64,000 nucleotides of DNA. It comes from Escherichia phage fDHCT2. The notes beneath the pieces were generated by a model. That model saw only the letters and a program-made list of their open reading frames with translations. It ran no database searches and was not told the origin of the DNA. This document shows positions 19,759 through 29,143 of the stretch, in pieces. Each line of letters begins with the position of its first letter. Within the stretch, counting starts at the first letter, position 1. The stretch lies in sequence record OR427838.1; one strand, 5' to 3'. The translations under genes were made by a program, and so were the position numbers.

Positions 19759-20018
19759 TTTACCGTCCTTACAGTTTGTGTACTTCTATTATAAGCTACT
19801 TCATCTAAAAGCTCATTTAAAGTTTTGTGATACGATATAATACGCTTATCTTTAATATCGTATTCAGTAACATACATAAATCCACGCCGAACACATTGGG
19901 TAAAGATATCTTCATCTTTGGCTTGGAAATATACAGGATTCAATCGAAGGAAATGTCTAACGTTTCCATAATCGTGGGATTTAGGCGTTCCATCAGTAAT
20001 AGTATGAACTACAAACAT
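19755..20018 (-). CDS. Hypothetical protein (about 86 aa)
   Basis: Start at internal ATG 20018 with GAGG SD, directly after stop of the upstream gene; longer ORF start would overlap by 59 nt. Confidence 0.5.
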   Translation of the reverse strand: MFVVHTITDGTPKSHDYGNVRHFLRLNPVYFQAKDEDIFTQCVRRGFMYVTEYDIKDKRIISYHKTLNELLDEVAYNRSTQTVRTVK

Positions 20019-20019
20019 A

Positions 20020-20658
20020 TTAACCTCGGGCAATCCATTCAACTGCTGCATTATTACGAAGGGATTCGATAGCTGCAATATCGTCCCATGAATTAACCTT
20101 TACGGCTAAATTAGGTTTAAAGTCGCGTTCACCACGGGCTAACCAATAAACTTGGATATCCATGAGAATATTAGATGCGGCATCACAGTGGTGAGCCAAA
20201 TCATCGACATAAAACTTAATGCGTTTGCCGTATGTATTTTTAGCTCTTATGAACAGGTCTTCTTTTGATTCTGAATGACCACACATCAGAATCTCCTTGA
20301 ATGCGCCAGGGAACAAAGCATTCAAATTGAATTGTCTATTCAGCAGGGCGTCAATTGAGTCGCCTAGCGCAGTCACGGCTACAAAATCGAAGTCTTTTTT
20401 GAGCTTGTTGATGTGTTTTAATGCGTCCATGTAAGGAGACAGATAACGAATAAAATCCGACTGATTATATTTCTCAATTAAACGTGCGCCTAATTCGTCG
20501 TCACAATTAAACAGTTCGCCTGGAGATAAGAAACGTTCGTCCTGAATCATATTCAAAATATGTTCTAAAGGCAAATTATATTTCTGTGCGAAATAAGGCA
20601 AGCCGGATTGCCAACTTAAACACACTCCATCGATATCTGTTAAGATAACTGGTTTCAT
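20020..20658 (-). CDS. HAD-superfamily hydrolase-like protein (212 aa)
   Basis: N-terminal motif I LTDIDGV (DxDx[TV]), later VAVTA and FYVDDLAHH aspartates typical of HAD phosphatases/nucleotidases. Confidence 0.6.
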   Translation of the reverse strand: MKPVILTDIDGVCLSWQSGLPYFAQKYNLPLEHILNMIQDERFLSPGELFNCDDELGARLIEKYNQSDFIRYLSPYMDALKHINKLKKDFDFVAVTALGDSIDALLNRQFNLNALFPGAFKEILMCGHSESKEDLFIRAKNTYGKRIKFYVDDLAHHCDAASNILMDIQVYWLARGERDFKPNLAVKVNSWDDIAAIESLRNNAAVEWIARG

Positions 20659-21113
20659 AATAAATCTCTCAATTTGTTTAGGATGTCGATAAACTCTTTT
20701 TCAGTTAGTATTGTATCACATTCTGTAAGGTGGCTTGCCATTGAATGCTTTAAAACCTTACCTTTAGTGGCTTGTAACGCATCGCGAAATCCTTTGTTTT
20801 GGAGCGCTGCTTCAAAATATGCATTTGTATACAACTCTTTCCATGCTGCAGAGTATCTTGAAAAGGGAATTCCAAGCCAGAAAAGCGTCCCACGGTCCGC
20901 AGCTCTTGCATAAGCTCTTCCACTTTGCTGGGCGGCCAATCCGGACATCCCAAATATACGTTTTTGTTGTTCAACATTTTTCACCTTACACCCTTGGAGG
21001 AATCCTTCGAGTCCACCAAATTGGATACCATCCATAACGAAAGGCCATTTAGCAAAGTTACTTAATGCGCATGATGGCCACGGGAAATTGCTTCTGATTT
21101 CTAACTCAGACAT
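20655..21113 (-). CDS. NADAR/YbiA-like domain protein (about 152 aa), putative ADP-ribose-processing enzyme
   Basis: ALSNFAKWPFVMDGIQFGGLEGFLQGCKV resembles the YbiA/NADAR core as recalled (approximate) (..FSNFA.WP..DG..-..E..Q..K.); start at Met50 of the long ORF, overlapping upstream stop by 8 nt. Confidence 0.5.
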   Translation of the reverse strand: MSELEIRSNFPWPSCALSNFAKWPFVMDGIQFGGLEGFLQGCKVKNVEQQKRIFGMSGLAAQQSGRAYARAADRGTLFWLGIPFSRYSAAWKELYTNAYFEAALQNKGFRDALQATKGKVLKHSMASHLTECDTILTEKEFIDILNKLRDLL

Positions 21114-21318
21114 CTTTGACACTGATAATCTTGGTTGCATACCACATGCCATGGTCTGGCAATCTTTCTTTAATTGACTGCCCGCGATATGTTTTTCGCA
21201 TAACAACAGTTTTAATAGCATCTTCATCGCAAGCATATGGCGGTGATAAATCAATAACACGATAAGTCACTTCAACCAGTTCCAAGCCAAACAACTTTTT
21301 AAATAATTTCTTAATCAT
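21106..21318 (-). CDS. Hypothetical protein (70 aa), paralog of 21328-21540
   Basis: MIKKLFKKLFGLELVEVTYRV..ISVKDV aligns with adjacent copy along its full length. Confidence 0.55.
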   Translation of the reverse strand: MIKKLFKKLFGLELVEVTYRVIDLSPPYACDEDAIKTVVMRKTYRGQSIKERLPDHGMWYATKIISVKDV

Positions 21319-21327
21319 GAAGATTCC

Positions 21328-21540
21328 TTAAATATCTTTGACACTGATAATCTCTACATCAGCCCAATGACCGTAACCAGGTAGACGGTCTTTAATAGAT
21401 AATCCACCGTCAGACTTCAGCATTTTAATTGTTTTAGTATACGGTTCATCTTGTGGATGCACAGGAGATAAATCAGTTACACGATAAGTCACTTCGACCA
21501 TTTCCGTACCTAATAATTTCTGAACCAGTTTCTTAAACAT
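21328..21540 (-). CDS. Hypothetical protein (70 aa), paralog of 21106-21318
   Basis: MFKKLVQKLLGTEMVEVTYRV..ISVKDI; tandem duplicate. Confidence 0.55.
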   Translation of the reverse strand: MFKKLVQKLLGTEMVEVTYRVTDLSPVHPQDEPYTKTIKMLKSDGGLSIKDRLPGYGHWADVEIISVKDI

Positions 21541-21541
21541 A

Positions 21542-21736
21542 TTATCCTCGCTTTAAACATTTGATTACGGACAGTTCACCACCCATACGAACGTCTTCAG
21601 TTCCATCGACCCATAAGACGGTGTAGGCTTCTTTAATAATAACATTACCTAATTTAAAAGCAGGTAGAACCTTGGAAATCATGCCAGGAATACCTACACC
21701 TTTTAATTGGACTGTTTGTGATAAGAATAGTTGCAT
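21542..21736 (-). CDS. Hypothetical protein (64 aa)
   Basis: ORF tightly packed between neighbours (1-nt spacing). Confidence 0.45.
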   Translation of the reverse strand: MQLFLSQTVQLKGVGIPGMISKVLPAFKLGNVIIKEAYTVLWVDGTEDVRMGGELSVIKCLKRG

Positions 21737-22023
21737 TAGAACCTCATCTGAAAGCCATGGGATTTAACATTACCACCATAGATGTCAGAGGTATTGACTT
21801 CACGGGCGACACTTGGGTCGATATTGATATCACGGTTGAGCTTAGTGATTGCCAGGGTATCACGACCATTAACAGTACGGAATTCTACTGGACATACAAC
21901 ATCGGCATAGGCCTTAATAGATTCACGAGTAGGTTGTTTGTCGGCAGGAACGTCTTTACCTGCTTTAGAGAAAACAACTTCACAGAAATTTTTACGAGTA
22001 TCAAAATAAGTGGTCATAAACAT
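21736..22023 (-). CDS. Hypothetical protein (about 95 aa)
   Basis: Start at ATG 22023 (MFMTTYFD..) with SD GAGGAAAATATT; longer ORF would translate through the upstream hairpin. Confidence 0.5.
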   Translation of the reverse strand: MFMTTYFDTRKNFCEVVFSKAGKDVPADKQPTRESIKAYADVVCPVEFRTVNGRDTLAITKLNRDINIDPSVAREVNTSDIYGGNVKSHGFQMRF

Positions 22024-22038
22024 AATATTTTCCTCAAT

Positions 22039-22054
22039 GGAGGCCGAAGCCTCC
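22039..22054 (-). promoter_or_regulatory. Intercistronic UUCG-tetraloop stem-loop immediately upstream of an SD
   Basis: ggaggccgaagcctcc (minus RNA GGAGGCUUCGGCCUCC) 2-3 nt upstream of AUUGAGGAAAAUAUUAUG; identical hairpin recurs at 61036-61051. Confidence 0.55.
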
Positions 22055-22064
22055 ATTTTTAAGA

Positions 22065-22430
22065 TTAGATATCGAATTCATTCAGAACTACATCAAAGAT
22101 TGCTTCCAGGTGTTCAGGTTTAGCTCGGTTGCTCAGGATGTGACGAATCCAGGTTTTAACCAGAAGCTTACGATTAGAACCGTTCCAGCAAGGATGGGTA
22201 CCTAAATCACGTTGACGGAAATCGTCATCTAAAGCGATTTTAAAAGTAGAACCTTCCATAGTGATTGAAACCGTAATACCATTTTCAAAGCGCATGTAAA
22301 CGTAGTTAGGAGTCATGCACTGTTCGATTTCACACACTGTACCGTTTTCGTGTTTCCACAGGCAAATAACTTCGGAAGAACCAGCGATACCGTTAGAAAC
22401 ATATTTACGTTCGAAGTTGATGTAGTTCAT
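22065..22430 (-). CDS. Hypothetical protein (about 121 aa)
   Basis: Start at ATG 22430 (MNYINFERK..) with SD GGAGAATAAA; 5' leader shared with the gene at 22505-22837. Confidence 0.55.
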   Translation of the reverse strand: MNYINFERKYVSNGIAGSSEVICLWKHENGTVCEIEQCMTPNYVYMRFENGITVSITMEGSTFKIALDDDFRQRDLGTHPCWNGSNRKLLVKTWIRHILSNRAKPEHLEAIFDVVLNEFDI

Positions 22431-22472
22431 TTTTATTCTCCAGTTTGTTTTCGTATTATTTGGTACAGGTCT

Positions 22473-22502
22473 ATAATAACACAACCTGTACCAAAGTAAA
22501 AC
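22473..22502 (-). promoter_or_regulatory. T4-type early promoter (minus)
   Basis: GTTTTAC-17 bp-TATTAT; -10 lies in the loop of inverted repeat ggtacaggt/acctgtacc; followed by conserved leader ..GGAGAATAAAATG. Confidence 0.5.
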
Positions 22503-22504
22503 AT

Positions 22505-22837
22505 TTATTTCACAACATTCCAATTTTTCATATCAAGTTTACCAACTTTTTTCATCCGGGCAATCAGACGTTCAGCGCGTGTACGGGCATTAACGTAATA
22601 GAATTCACCAATTTTGTTTTCTTCAATACGACCAGTAATTACAGTTTTCAGTTCATAAATCCAACCTGTAAAGAAGTTGTGAAGCTCGATGGTAAATGTG
22701 AAATCAGTACCCATACCTTCAATTGTTTCAACTTCGATGATATCACCTTCAACTGCAGTCAGGACCCACATGGTTTCTTGATATTCACCGTTGAAACATT
22801 TAGCTTTAACAGATGCATTCAGATTTACAGTTTTCAT
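22505..22837 (-). CDS. Hypothetical protein (110 aa)
   Basis: ORF with SD GGAGAATAAA and early promoter upstream. Confidence 0.55.
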   Translation of the reverse strand: MKTVNLNASVKAKCFNGEYQETMWVLTAVEGDIIEVETIEGMGTDFTFTIELHNFFTGWIYELKTVITGRIEENKIGEFYYVNARTRAERLIARMKKVGKLDMKNWNVVK

Positions 22838-22878
22838 TTTATTCTCCAGTTTGTTTTCGTATTATTTGGTACATGTCT

Positions 22879-22907
22879 ATAGTATCATGCCTACCGGAGA
22901 TGTACAC
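22879..22907 (-). promoter_or_regulatory. T4-type early promoter (minus)
   Basis: GTGTAC-17 bp-TACTAT upstream of the 22837 start; same 35-nt leader as the promoter at 22473-22502. Confidence 0.45.
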
Positions 22908-22934
22908 CTTTTTTTAAGATTTAGAAACAAAAAT

Positions 22935-22952
22935 GGGACTCCGAAGAGTCCC
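22935..22952 (-). terminator. UUCG-tetraloop intrinsic terminator
   Basis: gggactccgaagagtccc; on minus RNA followed by AUUUUUGUUUC; right after stop of the small ORF 22958-23119. Confidence 0.65.
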
Positions 22953-22957
22953 ATAAC

Positions 22958-23119
22958 TTATGCCTGAGGCTTACCAAAGCAAGCAGCATCTGCACGCAAT
23001 ACTGCACGAGCACGAGCTTGAAGCTTATCAACTACCTGATTGATACGCTTGTTGGACGCACGCTTGTAACCAGCGCGTTTAGAGGTACCGTCAACTACTT
23101 TAACTTCTTTCTTAGCCAT
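22958..23119 (-). CDS. Small basic protein (53 aa)
   Basis: ORF below the track cutoff, read by hand: MAKKEVKVVDGTSKRAGYKRASNKRINQVVDKLQARARAVLRADAACFGKPQA; followed by terminator. Confidence 0.4.
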   Translation of the reverse strand: MAKKEVKVVDGTSKRAGYKRASNKRINQVVDKLQARARAVLRADAACFGKPQA

Positions 23120-23382
23120 TTTTAAATCTCTTAAATTAGGATGTAGGACTTATTGGCGTTGCCTGCGCAAGCCCTCAAGGGGAACATAGGTTTCGGATAT
23201 TTAACGACAGGATAACCATAAACCTCGTCATCATACCGACCACGGCTTAGACAGATAACCTTTTTCTGACGCGTGATAGTACAAAATACATTCAAGAGGT
23301 ACACCGTAAAACTGTTGGGGTCTTAAAACTATAATGATTCGCAAATCATTAATCAAACAGTTCGACGGCTCCTCGATTTAAT

Positions 23383-23631
23383 TTACTTCAGGGTAATAAT
23401 AAAATGACGTACTGCTTTACGAGCTGCAGAAGCCAGAGGCTTAGCAAATTTCAGTTCATCTTTAGCTTCCAGTTCAGCAGCCAGAGTAGCCTGAGCTGGG
23501 TTCAGATGTTTGAAATAACGCAGGATTTCCAGTGCTTCGGCTTCAACATCAATAGATGCGCCGTAGTTTTCGTGACCGTTGTTCCAAGCGTTGCGTTGCA
23601 GTTCAAGAGCGTGATTCAGATGTTTGTTCAT
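23383..23631 (-). CDS. rIII: rIII lysis-inhibition accessory protein
   Basis: 82 aa, same length as T4 rIII and adjacent to gene 31 as in T4; sequence recalled as closely similar. Confidence 0.65.
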   Translation of the reverse strand: MNKHLNHALELQRNAWNNGHENYGASIDVEAEALEILRYFKHLNPAQATLAAELEAKDELKFAKPLASAARKAVRHFIITLK

Positions 23632-23777
23632 TTTAAATTCTCAATTCGAGATAAAGATTGGCGGACACGTTCTTCTGAATTTCACTTCCTTTCGGCAAGT
23701 CTCTCAGTTGTAGTCCACCGCTTAGGATTCTCCGGTTAACTAACTAGTCCGGCAGCCAATCCATATTATTATTTATA

Positions 23778-24101
23778 TCACTTATAAAGACACGGAATAG
23801 CTTTATAGTGACAGGTAACGAATTTTTGTTTAATTTCTTTAGGTTGTTTAATACCTAATGCAACCAACGGATGAGGCACGTTAGCAATCTTACCAACAGG
23901 AAGTGGAGTCAAATCACCTACTTCACAAAAATCTTCAGGGACATCAGGTCCTACAGAATAAATTTCACAAAGTTCAGGGATTTCACCTTGATGAAGTTTG
24001 CCAATAACGATACCAGATGCAGTAGTTTCTTCATCGCCAGCTTGTTTTGGTTCGGAAACGAGAATAACATATTCTCCGACCGCTTTAATAGGAAGTTCCA
24101 T
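23778..24101 (-). CDS. 31: Co-chaperonin gp31 (GroES-like)
   Basis: 107 aa; near-identical to recalled T4 gp31 ([50 protein letters not shown]). Confidence 0.92.
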   Translation of the reverse strand: MELPIKAVGEYVILVSEPKQAGDEETTASGIVIGKLHQGEIPELCEIYSVGPDVPEDFCEVGDLTPLPVGKIANVPHPLVALGIKQPKEIKQKFVTCHYKAIPCLYK

Positions 24102-24159
24102 ATTTAATCCATATTGTTTTGTTGATAGATTAATAATAACACGCTATTCTTAAAGCATA

Positions 24160-24459
24160 TTACAGGACAAGCAGAGTTTCGGTCTGAAGGCCGTTAATAG
24201 AAATCAGCTTATCGAAACGGAATGAGCGCCAATCATTAACCTTGGTATCAAATACTCTGATGTAATTAACAGGTTCTTTATTGGCTTCAGGCCCAGGGGC
24301 CTGGACTTCTTTATATGGAAGCAGGTCTAAGTCACGTGTACAAGTCATACGACGGGCACTACCATCAGCCTTTTCAAACAGAACTTCGTGAAAGCCTACA
24401 GACAAAATAGTCTTGACTTTTTCACGGAGACGAATTGTTTCTTGTTCGGTTAAAATCAT
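24160..24459 (-). CDS. Hypothetical protein (99 aa), 31.1-like
   Basis: Position downstream of gene 31 as T4 31.1. Confidence 0.5.
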   Translation of the reverse strand: MILTEQETIRLREKVKTILSVGFHEVLFEKADGSARRMTCTRDLDLLPYKEVQAPGPEANKEPVNYIRVFDTKVNDWRSFRFDKLISINGLQTETLLVL

Positions 24460-24461
24460 AA

Positions 24462-24695
24462 TTATTCCAGAATAGTTTTAATAGTGGTTGCATTACGCTC
24501 TTTTAGAGCTCTTAATAGGCTATGGCAATTTTCAAGAATAGGTACTGTTTTGTAATTCATGTTGGCATAAACCCAATCAGATTTATAGTACGATTTCCAA
24601 CGAGAGAAAAAGTACTTTTTGTATTCTACTGAATAGGCTACTAAGCTTTCACCTTTTGAATTCAGACCTGAAAACTTAACTAGACGAAATTTCAT
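24462..24695 (-). CDS. Hypothetical protein (77 aa)
   Basis: ORF, tight spacing with neighbours. Confidence 0.5.
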   Translation of the reverse strand: MKFRLVKFSGLNSKGESLVAYSVEYKKYFFSRWKSYYKSDWVYANMNYKTVPILENCHSLLRALKERNATTIKTILE

Positions 24696-25240
24696 TATTC
24701 ACCACAATAGTTTTGAATTGATTCCCAGTTCAGAGAACGGAGGCCAGTACGGTTATACTGGATAACCTCAATGCCTGATTCACGGAGGATATCGTCCCAC
24801 CCTTCAGGATTTCGGTCATAGAGTTCAGCATAAACCAGTGTTTTAATTCCGGACTGCGCAATAGACTTAGCACAATCTGCACATGGGGACAGTGTCACAT
24901 ACATCGTAGCACCGTCAATAGAACTTCCTGTACGAGCTGCGAACAGGATAGCATTCAGTTCGGCATGGATTTCATTTTTAGATGACCATGCAGCGTGAGC
25001 CATACGGTGTTCTTTAAGAAGAACAGATTTATGCGTCATCCGTGCCGGGTCATACACAACACGAGTCCAGTCCTGTTCCACAGCGTGGTCACAACAGTTA
25101 ACACCACCGGACGGTGAACCATTATAGCCTGTAGAGATAATGCGACCATTCTTTTCAATAACCGCGCCCACTTTCCATGAACAACATTTTGATTCTTGAG
25201 AAATCAGATATGCAATCTGAAGGTATGTGCTTGCTTTCAT
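24695..25240 (-). CDS. cd: dCMP deaminase
   Basis: 181 aa; zinc-binding deaminase motifs HAELNAI and SPCADCAK; syntenic with T4 cd. Confidence 0.9.
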   Translation of the reverse strand: MKASTYLQIAYLISQESKCCSWKVGAVIEKNGRIISTGYNGSPSGGVNCCDHAVEQDWTRVVYDPARMTHKSVLLKEHRMAHAAWSSKNEIHAELNAILFAARTGSSIDGATMYVTLSPCADCAKSIAQSGIKTLVYAELYDRNPEGWDDILRESGIEVIQYNRTGLRSLNWESIQNYCGE

Positions 25241-25578
25241 TACATCACCATGATATAGGCAGATTTAGCAGTTTCAACACGATATAATTCATGTCGCAAT
25301 TTCGTGATTGATTTTACACGTGAGGTTAATATACCATAACCATCTTTAAAGCGTTTTTTCTTATCAAAAAACACTACACCCGCTAATGAACTACCAATTT
25401 CAACTGGTAACATAGTCAGCAGCACACCATCATAATCAGCTGGGTTAATGCTTTTGAACAGGGTATCATTCATCAACAAAGATCGGATAAATTGTATAGC
25501 GCCATCAGAGAGACCGCGATGGTCTCCATCCTTATCTTCTTGTAATGCGGTGGTAATAGCTTCTACTAAACTAATCAT
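25240..25578 (-). CDS. Hypothetical protein (112 aa)
   Basis: ORF; ATGA overlap with cd start. Confidence 0.5.
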   Translation of the reverse strand: MISLVEAITTALQEDKDGDHRGLSDGAIQFIRSLLMNDTLFKSINPADYDGVLLTMLPVEIGSSLAGVVFFDKKKRFKDGYGILTSRVKSITKLRHELYRVETAKSAYIMVM

Positions 25579-25805
25579 TGATATACCCGCTGTGCTTCAA
25601 CCAAACCATCTGAACCTAGTTTTAACTGGGTAATCTGGTCGCCATCTTTAGGATTAACGATAACCAATACCGCACGTGGTGATTCCTGAATTACTCGCAG
25701 AGTTGCATCAGGAAAACGTACAGAAACCTTATTAATCAGGGCCTGAGCAAATTCTTTAACTTTAACTTGGAACTGCTCTACAGTAATAGGTTGTTCGCTC
25801 AGCAT
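25575..25805 (-). CDS. Hypothetical protein (76 aa)
   Basis: ORF with overlapping stop/start. Confidence 0.5.
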   Translation of the reverse strand: MLSEQPITVEQFQVKVKEFAQALINKVSVRFPDATLRVIQESPRAVLVIVNPKDGDQITQLKLGSDGLVEAQRVYQ

Positions 25806-26359
25806 TAGATGGTCTCCAACTTAAGTTGTTTGGTAGTGGTAGCTTGGGTAACGTCGCCTTTAACAATATAACACACTTGTTGGAACGACTTAGTCAAAAG
25901 CTCTTCAGCCTGACGATCGGCTTGTTCCTTTGTGTTATGGCGAGAATGAACTTCAATCTTACCATTTTTAACAATAAGCACTTTCCAATCGGCCGTAGCT
26001 TTTACTGGCTTAGGTTCCGGCTTTACAGCAATACTCGTAGTAGCCAGTGGACGTACTACTTCAATAAAGTATTCGAATTCATGGGCAAAGGCGCCTACTG
26101 AATTAAAAAGAACACTAGTTGCATCATCGGGATTACCTGTGATTTTGCTCAGGTCAACAAACATCAACTCATCGTATACACGAATTCGGCTTACACGTGG
26201 CTTCCCGTTATGGTAATCAATTTCAACTTCAAACGGGTTCATACCTACATACTTGGCAAAAGCTGTATTGAGGCCATAAGCACCGTTATTAGTGAATTTG
26301 TTTTTAGTGTATTCACCAACGAACTTATAAAACTTACGCTCTTCAAAGAACTGGCTCAT
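25805..26359 (-). CDS. Hypothetical protein (about 184 aa)
   Basis: Start at ATG 26359 (MSQFFEERKFYKF..) with SD GAGGAAATCGAA downstream of an early promoter. Confidence 0.55.
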   Translation of the reverse strand: MSQFFEERKFYKFVGEYTKNKFTNNGAYGLNTAFAKYVGMNPFEVEIDYHNGKPRVSRIRVYDELMFVDLSKITGNPDDATSVLFNSVGAFAHEFEYFIEVVRPLATTSIAVKPEPKPVKATADWKVLIVKNGKIEVHSRHNTKEQADRQAEELLTKSFQQVCYIVKGDVTQATTTKQLKLETI

Positions 26360-26389
26360 TTCGATTTCCTCATTTGTTTCGGTAGGACT

Positions 26390-26419
26390 ACTATACCACA
26401 GTCCTACCATGATGTAAAC
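26390..26419 (-). promoter_or_regulatory. T4-type early promoter (minus) with -10 in inverted-repeat loop
   Basis: GTTTAC-18 bp-TATAGT; 9-bp inverted repeat ggtaggact/agtcctacc flanks the -10. Confidence 0.5.
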
Positions 26420-26421
26420 AC

Positions 26422-26700
26422 TTAAATTGCTTCAACAACTACCGTTTGTTTCTGGAAGTCCATTTTGCATGAAATAGCCAAAATGTGATTATCAATTTTA
26501 AATGGAACAATTGCAAATGCTGCACCAGGCGTGAGTTGAACAGTGATTGCATCAACCGCATCCGGGAACATGATTTCCAGAATAGCAGACAAACGACCGT
26601 GCACTTTTAGTTCAGTCGACGTGTCGACGGTTTCGTATAGATAATCAGATACAATCTGACTAAAAACTACTTTAACAATTTCAGAATAAGTAGGGAACAT
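26422..26700 (-). CDS. Hypothetical protein (92 aa)
   Basis: ORF. Confidence 0.5.
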   Translation of the reverse strand: MFPTYSEIVKVVFSQIVSDYLYETVDTSTELKVHGRLSAILEIMFPDAVDAITVQLTPGAAFAIVPFKIDNHILAISCKMDFQKQTVVVEAI

Positions 26701-26707
26701 AATTACC

Positions 26708-26923
26708 TCAGTGTACTGTATGGACCTTCACGTTAACAATAAACCGGTCAATGACTTCAGTCAGAGGAACAAACTCAACATAGTACTCGCCTTTGTAACG
26801 TTCATTGAGGTCATTACGAAGGGCTGCTAGTGAGTTAATGAGGGTAGGAGACATATTATGACCTACCAGTTTCTGAAGCTCTTTATAAGCTTCTTCTTCA
26901 ACTTCGTGGTGTTTGTTATACAT
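26708..26923 (-). CDS. Hypothetical protein (about 71 aa)
   Basis: Start at internal ATG 26923 (MYNKHHEVEEE..), overlapping the upstream stop by 8 nt; GGAAG upstream. Confidence 0.45.
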   Translation of the reverse strand: MYNKHHEVEEEAYKELQKLVGHNMSPTLINSLAALRNDLNERYKGEYYVEFVPLTEVIDRFIVNVKVHTVH

Positions 26924-27112
26924 AATGTTCTTCCAAGAAGGCAAGGAGTTCTGGCGCTGATTTAAAAATACCACCATCGACCTTGTCTTCATCTTTATAG
27001 TCCATAACATCCAGGCCAATACGTCCATCAGTTAAAGGCCATACGCCGAAGAAAAAGCATTTACGTTTTTCAATTTCTTCGATTGTACGAAAAATCTTTT
27101 CGATATTATTCA

Positions 27113-27113
<1 letters not shown>
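26916..27113 (-). CDS. Hypothetical protein (65 aa)
   Basis: ORF; ATGA-type coupling with pseT stop. Confidence 0.5.
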
Positions 27114-28338
<1,225 letters not shown>

Positions 28339-28372
28339 AATAATTTCCTCAATTTTTATAATCCGTAGGAGC

Positions 28373-28402
28373 ATTATACTCTGCTCCCAAGAGTTTGTAA
28401 AC
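28373..28402 (-). promoter_or_regulatory. T4-type early promoter (minus) with -10 in inverted-repeat loop
   Basis: GTTTAC-18 bp-TATAAT; arms ggagca/tgctcc flank the -10. Confidence 0.5.
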
Positions 28403-28506
28403 TACTTTCCAAAAAGACCGTCAATACACATACTGAACGCAATCCCGAAGCAAAAGAATGCGATAGCTAATCTAACGGCATCCCAACCAAGACTACACTC
28501 AATCAT
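28402..28506 (-). CDS. Possible small hydrophobic peptide (34 aa)
   Basis: MIECSLGWDAVRLAIAFFCFGIAFSMCIDGLFGK; ATGA overlap with o-spanin stop; 3' end overlaps promoter, so uncertain. Confidence 0.25.
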   Translation of the reverse strand: MIECSLGWDAVRLAIAFFCFGIAFSMCIDGLFGK

Positions 28507-28793
28507 TTACACTTCCCCTCTTTTAGTCCAGAACGATAATAACATAACATAGATTTCTGGTCTTGTACATATCTTTTTACGTCGTTCAACCAAATACGAT
28601 GTTCTTGGGAATCTTCAAACGGCATTCCAACCCAAGCCTTACCATCGATTACCTTAACCTGCCACTTAACATTATGTTCGGCAATAGGTTGTGGCCATGA
28701 AGGGTGGAGTTGTTGTTTAGGCACTACAGGAACATCCTGGGCACACCCAACTAACAAGCCAATAGATAACATTACAGCAGTCAATTTAATCAT
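28503..28793 (-). CDS. Outer-membrane spanin (o-spanin lipoprotein), PseT.2-like
   Basis: Signal peptide with lipobox LLVG-C (MIKLTAVMLSIGLLVGC); directly downstream of the i-spanin with ATGA overlap. Confidence 0.7.
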   Translation of the reverse strand: MIKLTAVMLSIGLLVGCAQDVPVVPKQQLHPSWPQPIAEHNVKWQVKVIDGKAWVGMPFEDSQEHRIWLNDVKRYVQDQKSMLCYYRSGLKEGKCK

Positions 28794-29143
28794 TCTGTGA
28801 TGCTCCTGAAGTCTTTGGCAAAGGAATCGAAGGACTTGTTGATTTGTTTTTCGACCAATCCTGGCTTACTTGCCACCACGTGCGCCTTCTTCGAATCTTT
28901 ACGGAGCTTTTCATTTTCTACCTTAATTTTATCCATTCGGGCATTCATTTCAGTAGTACGGAATTCAATATCAGAGTATTGACCACGAAGGTCCTCTACA
29001 GCTTCAGCGTTCTGTTTGGCCGTTTGCTGGGTTGTTTTCAGTTCTTCAGTAAGGGTATCAATACGGCTTGATTGATACGAAATAAAACCGTAAGCACCTA
29101 CTGCAATGGCTCCAGCTAAAAGGTAAATACTTAATTTAGACAT
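28790..29143 (-). CDS. Inner-membrane spanin (i-spanin), PseT.3-like
   Basis: N-terminal TM helix (LSIYLLAGAIAVGAYGFISY) followed by coiled-coil periplasmic domain; adjacent lipoprotein partner. Confidence 0.7.
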   Translation of the reverse strand: MSKLSIYLLAGAIAVGAYGFISYQSSRIDTLTEELKTTQQTAKQNAEAVEDLRGQYSDIEFRTTEMNARMDKIKVENEKLRKDSKKAHVVASKPGLVEKQINKSFDSFAKDFRSITE

